Shown piece by piece: positions 57,961 through 64,000 of a stretch of DNA of 64,000 bases. Source of the stretch: a virus (lineage: Duplodnaviria > Caudoviricetes); IMG/VR virus record IMGVR_UViG_2907128583_000005, positions 128,001 to 192,000 of that record; one strand, given 5' to 3'. Position 1 is the stretch's first letter; the number at the start of each line of letters is the position of its first letter. Both the position numbers and the translations under genes were made by a program. The notes beneath the pieces are model-generated. The model did not search any database. It was not told the DNA's origin and was given only the letters and a program-made list of their open reading frames with translations.

Positions 57961-57978
57961 GTAAAACTATCCTTTTAT
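57961..57978. repeat. perfect copy of the RTAAAA-N6-TTTTAY element just after the recombinase stop
   Basis: GTAAAA-CTATCC-TTTTAT; the only perfect copy I noticed in the late region. Confidence 0.85.
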
Positions 57979-58012
57979 CACAATTACATATCTTAATTTA
58001 AAGGGAGTCAAA

Positions 58013-58435
58013 ATGAAACTATACAAATTTGAACTTGAAAATTTTATAGCTTATCTAGATAAACTAAAAACAGACCGAACTGACACTAGACATAGAGTTA
58101 AATTTAAAGGTTTACTTACCGACCATTACACAGAACTTTTAAATGATGCAAATGATATCAATCTTGATTATGTGATTAAAGATAAAGAAGGAAATCCCAT
58201 TGTTGAAAACGGAAAATATACCTTCGAGAATGATAATGAACGGCTCTCTGAGTTAAACAAGCTTTATAATGAAGAAATTGTAATTGATGAAACAGATGAA
58301 CGAAAAGCAATGCTCCTATCTGTTAAGGAATCGGTGATCAATCGTGGTCCAACCGAGTTTACTGGTACCGAAGGAGACTGGTATGTTCGCTTCTGTGAAA
58401 TTGTAGAACAAATTGAATATAAGGATGAACAATAA
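58013..58435 (+). CDS. hypothetical phage protein (DUF1617-like, tentative)
   Basis: R.R.KF...L....YV.KD.EGNPI pattern; terminator AAGAAGAGA/TCTCTTCTT downstream. Confidence 0.65.
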   Translation: MKLYKFELENFIAYLDKLKTDRTDTRHRVKFKGLLTDHYTELLNDANDINLDYVIKDKEGNPIVENGKYTFENDNERLSELNKLYNEEIVIDETDERKAMLLSVKESVINRGPTEFTGTEGDWYVRFCEIVEQIEYKDEQ

Positions 58436-58502
58436 GAAGAGATATTAAGTCTCTTCTTTTTTCTATTTTTCTAAAGTAAAAAAAGGAAGTGACTTAAACG
58501 TA

Positions 58503-61500
58503 ATGGCAGATATGCGTATATTAATAAGTGCTGGCTTAAATGTAGGTAAATCAATTGGGGATGTAAATGCTTCAATTAAAGCGTTGAGCAAGCACCCTTC
58601 TCTTCAGAAGTTAGATTTAAAAATTAATGTAGACCAAAGTTTTGTAAAATCGATTCAAGGATTTGTTGATGCTACAAAGAAGCTTAATGTAGCAATGGAA
58701 CAGCAAAATAGAGTTGTAAAAGAAACACAAGATGTGTACAAAAACTTAGATGGTACTGTTAAACAAGTTACTCAGCAAGTTTTAAAGAACGGTGAAGTAA
58801 TTGAAAAGACAAAGACAGTTCATGATGCAAATAAAAAGGCTGTAAATGATGAATCTAAATCTCTACAAGATCAGATTCGTACGCTAAAACAACTAGAAAA
58901 AGAGCTTGAAGGTTATACACTAGCTAAAACAAGAGCTAATAAAAATAAGCTTGGTGAAACAAATAGTACTACAAATACATATAAGAATGACTCTGGGCAA
59001 CAGATTTCCGTTAAACTGGATCAACAAGGAAACGTAAAAAACTATAGCGAGATTAATGAAATATTAAAGCAGCAACAAGCTGTACTTAAGTCGGCTGAAA
59101 CTATGGATAGAGCACACTATGATGCATTAAAGTCCAACAAGCAACGCATTGAAGTTATGGATAAGTTGCACTATCAAGCATTACAAAGAAATAGAGAGAT
59201 CGACAGACGTAACCAAGAGCAATCATTAAAAGCTGCTGAGTCATTGGATCGTGCTCACTATCAAGCTTTGAAGTCGAATAGTGAAAGACAAATTGCACAA
59301 GAAAAGCAACATGCCTTAGCTTTACAACAAAATGCTAAAAGAGATCAGCAATATGCTCAATCTGTGGCAAATACACAACAAAAGATTAATGATGCCAGAA
59401 GTAAATTTAGTGGTAACACTCAAGCTCAAAATAGTTTAGCTGAATTAGAAAATAGACTAAAAGGTATACGTAATATTGGTGATTTTAAGTCACCTCTAGG
59501 GAATTTAAATAACGATTTAAAAAGAACAGTACAAGGTTTTAATGAAGCCAGTAAAAGTTCTGAAACTTTCGGTAGTTCAATACAGGGCATACTTAAAAGT
59601 ATGATCATGTGGTCGGCAGTTACCGCCGCGATCTATGCTCCAATCAACGCTTTTAAAGAGGGCATTCAGCATATCTACGAACTTGATAAAGCAATGACTG
59701 ATCTCAAGAAAGTTACAGATGAAACAAATGAAATGTATCAACAAGTCATTTTGAACTCATCTAAAACAGCAAATGAAATTGGTGGCTTGACTCTAGATGT
59801 AATTAACTCCACTACTGAATGGGCTAGATTAGGTTACACAATCCAACAGGCGCAGCAATTAGCAAAGCAAACATTGGTTTATCAAAATGTAGGTGATATA
59901 TCTAATGCCCAAGAAGCATCTAAGCAGCTTATTTCTTCTATAAAAGGCTTTGGCATTGAAGTAGACAACGAAGGCAAAAACATTCAACATGTCGTAGATG
60001 TTTATAATGAGGTTGGTAATAAATTTGCCATCTCCACCGAAGGGATTGGTCAAGCGGTACAAAGATCGGCATCCTCCCTCTCCTCTGCTGGTAATACAAT
60101 AGAACAATCTGTAGCACTAATTACAGCAGCAAATAGTACAGTGCAAGATCCAGCTAAAGTAGGTAATGCACTCAAAACACTGTCAATGCGTTTGCGTGGT
60201 GTGGGAGAAGATGGAGAAGCAATTGATGGACTCGTTCCCAAGCTTGAGAAAAAGTTTCAATCGCTTGGATTAACCTTAAAAAAAGATGATAAAACTTTTA
60301 AGAGTACATATGAAATATTCGATGACTTATCAAAGATTTGGAAGAATCTTAGCGATATTCAACAAGCAGATGTTCTAGAATTAGTAGCTGGTAAAATGCA
60401 AGGTAATATTGCTGCTTCCATGATTAGTAACTGGAAAGATGCTCAAGCTTCTTTAGAAGCAGGTATTAACTCATTCGGCTCGGCTTCTAAGGAAAATGAA
60501 ACCTATCTAGCATCATTAGAAGGAAGAATTCATACCTTTACCAATGCAGTCAGTGCCTTTTGGGAGCACTCAATTAGTGCCAGTTTCCTAAAGGGTGTTG
60601 TTGATATAGGAACTACTCTTATTAACGTATTAGGTAAAGTATCTAGCACAATTGGGTTTCTCCCTACAGTTGTAGGAGCTGCTACACTAGCCTTTATGCT
60701 TTTTTCAAAAACTGGGCTTACTCCACTTTACACACTCTTGACTACTATTCCTTTGAAATTAAACCTGTTTAAACTTGAATTGCGATCCCTTATAGCTACT
60801 AATGGACTCGCCTCTGCTTCACTTAAAATACTCGGTACCTCCTTTGCTGCCTTGGGTAGAACTATTGCACCATTAGCCATTATTACTGGAGTTACTTGGG
60901 CTTTGACAGAACTGTTTTCTTGGATTTCAAAATCCAACGAAGCCGCCAGAGAAGCTAGGACAATTAACTATGACACTGTAAACTCTTATAGAGAGCAAAA
61001 AAAGTCTATAGAAGATTTGTCTCAGGAAATGAATACACTCCAAGAAGCTGAAAGCAATCAAACAATTAACACTGATCAGAAAAAGAGATTGTTAGAAATT
61101 CAAGTAATGCTGGTTGAACAGTATGGTGTTGCTGCTAACAAGATTAATGCCGAAGGTAAAGCCTATACTGATTCAGTTGAGGCTATAAATGCACGTACCG
61201 AAGCATTACAAAAGCAGATTGAAGCGGAAAATTCACTTAATCGCTCTAAATTGGCTGGTCAAGACAATGAAAGCACAACAAAAATAAAAGATAGTAAAGA
61301 TGAAGTTGAAGAGTACCAAAAGAAAATAGATCAAACCAAGAAACAAATAGAGTTATTAAAGAAAGATATGGAATCAGGAAAGCTATCACCTGATACAAAA
61401 ATAAATACATCTGATATTTTGAAAAGATATGGTGATTTAGCTACCTCTGATTCTATTTTTGGAAAAGATTTAGATCAACTCCAGTATTCTGCTAAAGGAT

Positions 61501-64000
61501 TGTTAGAGCAATATAATCGGACTGACGCTGAATTACAAGGAAAAATGTCTGAGTCGAATGGTAAATTACATGAAGCATTAAGCGAACGAGTAAAAGTTCT
61601 TCAAGATTCTACGACTCAATACATATTCGAGCTGACTGACAAAGGTAAAACGGTTTCTGATTCACAACGCGCTTTTGTTCAAGAGATGGTTAAATCTATA
61701 GCTGGTAACTCTTCTAGTCTTACTGACCAAGAAAAACAAATACGCCAAGTAGTTGATAGTCTCAACAACAGTAATATTGAAAGTTTAATTCAAAAATATC
61801 AAAAACTAAGCGATGCGTTTAAACTTGACCCTTCAACTCAAAATAATAATGAGATATTGAAAGTCCGCAACGATATTTCTGAGCTATTGGAAACCATAAC
61901 TAAAGGGGTTCCAATGTTTGGAGACTATAAAGAATCTGTAATGGCAATGTTTCCGGCGTTTAGTATGGCTGATGTTGCTGCCCAACAATTCGCTAAAACT
62001 TCTGGACAAATTGAGTCATTACAAAAATCTCTCCAATCAGCATATAAGGACACTACCTCGGAGATTAAAGATTTAAACAAGGTAATGGCAGATATCAGCA
62101 AAGGTAACGCCTTAAATGCAGATCAAGTAGCTGAGTTAATTATTAAGTACCCTTCTCTTGCTGGGCACATCAAAAAAGTTGCTGACGGTTGGACAATTGA
62201 AGAATCAGCGATTCAAGCTTTACAGAAAGCAAAGATAACTGAAACCAAATACACTTTAGAACAAGAGAAGACAAAGACTACTCAACTCCTTCAAGCCACA
62301 TTAAATCGATTAAAGATTTATGATATCGAAGTCAATGCCTTAGATCAGATAGCAAATAAGCAGAAGGCCATAGATGAGCTGAATTCCAAAAAGATTCCAA
62401 CGTCTGATGGAATGAATGTAAAAGCTCCAAGTATTCTGCCGGGTTTGAATCCCATTATGGATAACTATCTCCCAAAACTAGCTCAAGAACATAATAAATT
62501 AATCGATGACACCAAGAGTCAAGTTGAAACGGTTTCTGATTTGTATAAGCAGCTAAATGATTTAGGGAAATTGTTTGACGATCCGAATTATGGTGTTAGC
62601 ACAGAATCAAAAAAGAAGAACGACCAATACAATGATTCTATGTCTCAGACGAATGAGATTTTAACTGAAACTCAGAAGAAGTTAAAGGCTGTTGAAGCAG
62701 CTCAAGATGCTTTAAACAGTAAGAAGAGTCGATTAAAAAAAGGTTCTGAGGAATACGGTAAAGCTCTTAAAGAGGAAATTAAACTCCTTGAAAAGCAAGC
62801 TGCATTGCTAACCGAAGGTATTAAAGATCCATCTAAGTTAGTGTCTACGAAAGTTACCACTACTACAAAAGGTGGAACTGGTTTAGATTCAATGATTTCC
62901 GAAGCCTTGTCCTTGTCTTCGTCCAAAACGTTCAAATATAGCCAAGCCGCCAAATCGAATGTTAGTTATGACCAGTTTACGGCAACTGCTGTATCCGACT
63001 GCTCTTTGTTCGTACAACAGATGTTTAAGGAATTCCTTGATATTAAGCTTCCCCGAACTACGCAAGAGCAAGTAAAACAAGGTCAAGCTGTAACCAATAA
63101 AAAGGATTTGCAAAAGGGCGATCTGGTATTCTTTAACACTGTCAAAGGTAAAGCTAATTCACATGTTGGTGTGTATATGGGTGACGGAAACTTTATGCAG
63201 ATGGGCAATTCTGGCTTAAAGCAAGGGAGCCTGAACGACAAGTATTGGGCAGATAAATACAGTGGTGCTAGACGTATTCCCGGTGCTAATGCTATTCCAG
63301 AAATTCAACCTCCCTCCACTTCTACATCAACAAAAGTAACTGGCAAAAATGCTGACTTGATTAATAAATATGCTGGAGCGAATGGTGTAGATCCTGCATT
63401 AATCAAAGCTATTATCCAACAGGAGTCTTCCAATGGTGCCAATGGTATTAAAAACGTCATGCAAGTTAGCAGCCTTGGTAAAAACACTAGCGTTGAAAGC
63501 AGTATTAAAACTGGTACCTCAATGTTTGCAAAATATCTCAATCAAACGGGCAACGTTGAAATTGCTTTGGCTATGTATAATATGGGGCCAGGAATATTGG
63601 ATTATTTCAATAAAAATGGTGGATACAGCGTTGAGAATATGAAAAAATTCTCTGCTCTGCAAAAGAGCAAGACGGGAAGCAAGGTTTATGGTGACGTAAA
63701 TTATGTTGGCAACGTATTGAGATACTATGATGGCGACACTTCTTCAGTTTCAGGTGGGAAATCTAAAAATAAATACACCCTCCCTTCTGCTTCTGATATG
63801 GATAAAGCTCAAGCTGATGCACGTGGACAAAGAACAACTACATACGACAACATTTATAAAGCACGAATTGATTACATTGATAACTATGTAACAATCGGTC
63901 AGAACAAGATAGATGCTTTAGATGCGGAAATAGCGAAGTCGCAAGGTAGACAAGCAAAATATGATCAAGTATCGAAAAACTGGAGAAAAGAAGAATCTGC
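58503..64000 (+). CDS. tail tape measure protein with NlpC/P60 peptidase and soluble lytic transglycosylase domains (CwlP/YomI-like; truncated by window edge, absent from ORF track)
   Basis: ATG 58503; tape-measure core (LDKAMTDLKKVTD, EWARLGY, VGNALKTLSMRLRG); DCSLFVQQMF...LPRT...GDLVFF...HVGVY at about 62990-63180; VDPALIKAIIQQES...AMYNMGPG at about 63390-63590. Confidence 0.93.
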   Translation, partial: MADMRILISAGLNVGKSIGDVNASIKALSKHPSLQKLDLKINVDQSFVKSIQGFVDATKKLNVAMEQQNRVVKETQDVYKNLDGTVKQVTQQVLKNGEVIEKTKTVHDANKKAVNDESKSLQDQIRTLKQLEKELEGYTLAKTRANKNKLGETNSTTNTYKNDSGQQISVKLDQQGNVKNYSEINEILKQQQAVLKSAETMDRAHYDALKSNKQRIEVMDKLHYQALQRNREIDRRNQEQSLKAAESLDRAHYQALKSNSERQIAQEKQHALALQQNAKRDQQYAQSVANTQQKINDARSKFSGNTQAQNSLAELENRLKGIRNIGDFKSPLGNLNNDLKRTVQGFNEASKSSETFGSSIQGILKSMIMWSAVTAAIYAPINAFKEGIQHIYELDKAMTDLKKVTDETNEMYQQVILNSSKTANEIGGLTLDVINSTTEWARLGYTIQQAQQLAKQTLVYQNVGDISNAQEASKQLISSIKGFGIEVDNEGKNIQHVVDVYNEVGNKFAISTEGIGQAVQRSASSLSSAGNTIEQSVALITAANSTVQDPAKVGNALKTLSMRLRGVGEDGEAIDGLVPKLEKKFQSLGLTLKKDDKTFKSTYEIFDDLSKIWKNLSDIQQADVLELVAGKMQGNIAASMISNWKDAQASLEAGINSFGSASKENETYLASLEGRIHTFTNAVSAFWEHSISASFLKGVVDIGTTLINVLGKVSSTIGFLPTVVGAATLAFMLFSKTGLTPLYTLLTTIPLKLNLFKLELRSLIATNGLASASLKILGTSFAALGRTIAPLAIITGVTWALTELFSWISKSNEAAREARTINYDTVNSYREQKKSIEDLSQEMNTLQEAESNQTINTDQKKRLLEIQVMLVEQYGVAANKINAEGKAYTDSVEAINARTEALQKQIEAENSLNRSKLAGQDNESTTKIKDSKDEVEEYQKKIDQTKKQIELLKKDMESGKLSPDTKINTSDILKRYGDLATSDSIFGKDLDQLQYSAKGLLEQYNRTDAELQGKMSESNGKLHEALSERVKVLQDSTTQYIFELTDKGKTVSDSQRAFVQEMVKSIAGNSSSLTDQEKQIRQVVDSLNNSNIESLIQKYQKLSDAFKLDPSTQNNNEILKVRNDISELLETITKGVPMFGDYKESVMAMFPAFSMADVAAQQFAKTSGQIESLQKSLQSAYKDTTSEIKDLNKVMADISKGNALNADQVAELIIKYPSLAGHIKKVADGWTIEESAIQALQKAKITETKYTLEQEKTKTTQLLQATLNRLKIYDIEVNALDQIANKQKAIDELNSKKIPTSDGMNVKAPSILPGLNPIMDNYLPKLAQEHNKLIDDTKSQVETVSDLYKQLNDLGKLFDDPNYGVSTESKKKNDQYNDSMSQTNEILTETQKKLKAVEAAQDALNSKKSRLKKGSEEYGKALKEEIKLLEKQAALLTEGIKDPSKLVSTKVTTTTKGGTGLDSMISEALSLSSSKTFKYSQAAKSNVSYDQFTATAVSDCSLFVQQMFKEFLDIKLPRTTQEQVKQGQAVTNKKDLQKGDLVFFNTVKGKANSHVGVYMGDGNFMQMGNSGLKQGSLNDKYWADKYSGARRIPGANAIPEIQPPSTSTSTKVTGKNADLINKYAGANGVDPALIKAIIQQESSNGANGIKNVMQVSSLGKNTSVESSIKTGTSMFAKYLNQTGNVEIALAMYNMGPGILDYFNKNGGYSVENMKKFSALQKSKTGSKVYGDVNYVGNVLRYYDGDTSSVSGGKSKNKYTLPSASDMDKAQADARGQRTTTYDNIYKARIDYIDNYVTIGQNKIDALDAEIAKSQGRQAKYDQVSKNWRKEES

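Larger units (their letters stand above)
1..64000. mobile_element. SPbeta-like temperate phage/prophage (internal segment; ends not in window)
   Basis: Gene order RNAP-HU-phosphoesterase-terminase-portal-head-tail-tyrosine recombinase-tape measure matches the SPbeta yonO..yomI block; divergent early region of small genes; no host housekeeping genes. Confidence 0.93.

Noticed and set aside
59100-59290. Internal repeats in the tape measure gene (DRAHY.AL.SN)
   Set aside because: Ordinary helical protein repeats, not a DNA-level element.
59426-63642. Short ORF-track calls in the last 5 kb
   Set aside because: All are shadows of the single + strand tape measure frame starting at 58503.
1-64000. 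Arbitrium (aimR/aimP), tRNA genes, reverse transcriptase/DGR, introns or inteins
   Set aside because: No TPR receptor with signal-peptide gene, cloverleaf, RT motif or interrupted conserved gene was recognised in this window; they may lie outside it.

Overview
The whole 64-kb window is the interior of a large AT-rich temperate phage or prophage of the SPbeta-like type from a spore-forming Bacillales host; no host genes, att site, tRNA or CRISPR are visible. The left half (1-32.7 kb, mostly - strand) is an early/accessory region. It holds about 60 small genes, Xre HTH regulators, antirepressors, a MazF/PemK homolog, an RsfA homolog, a HEPN protein, an HNH nuclease, a large adenine methyltransferase, two YonT-like type I toxin loci, a Rep-like gene with 22-bp iterons and a tyrosine recombinase. 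The right half (32.8-64 kb, + strand) encodes a YonO-like single-subunit RNA polymerase, HU, a phosphoesterase, terminase, portal, head and tail genes, a YomM-like tyrosine recombinase and a tape measure gene that runs off the window. The strongest unexplained signal is an 18-bp palindrome, RTAAAA-N6-TTTTAY with a variable 6-bp core, found about 28 times almost only at junctions between accessory genes and once directly after the YomM-like recombinase; it suggests an integron-like cassette system. Also notable are three glycosyltransferases inside the tail operon (possible virion glycosylation), a promoter-associated AAATATAATGAA box, and a pseudoknotted candidate ncRNA after HU. All family calls come from motif recognition and recalled SPbeta synteny, not from database searches.
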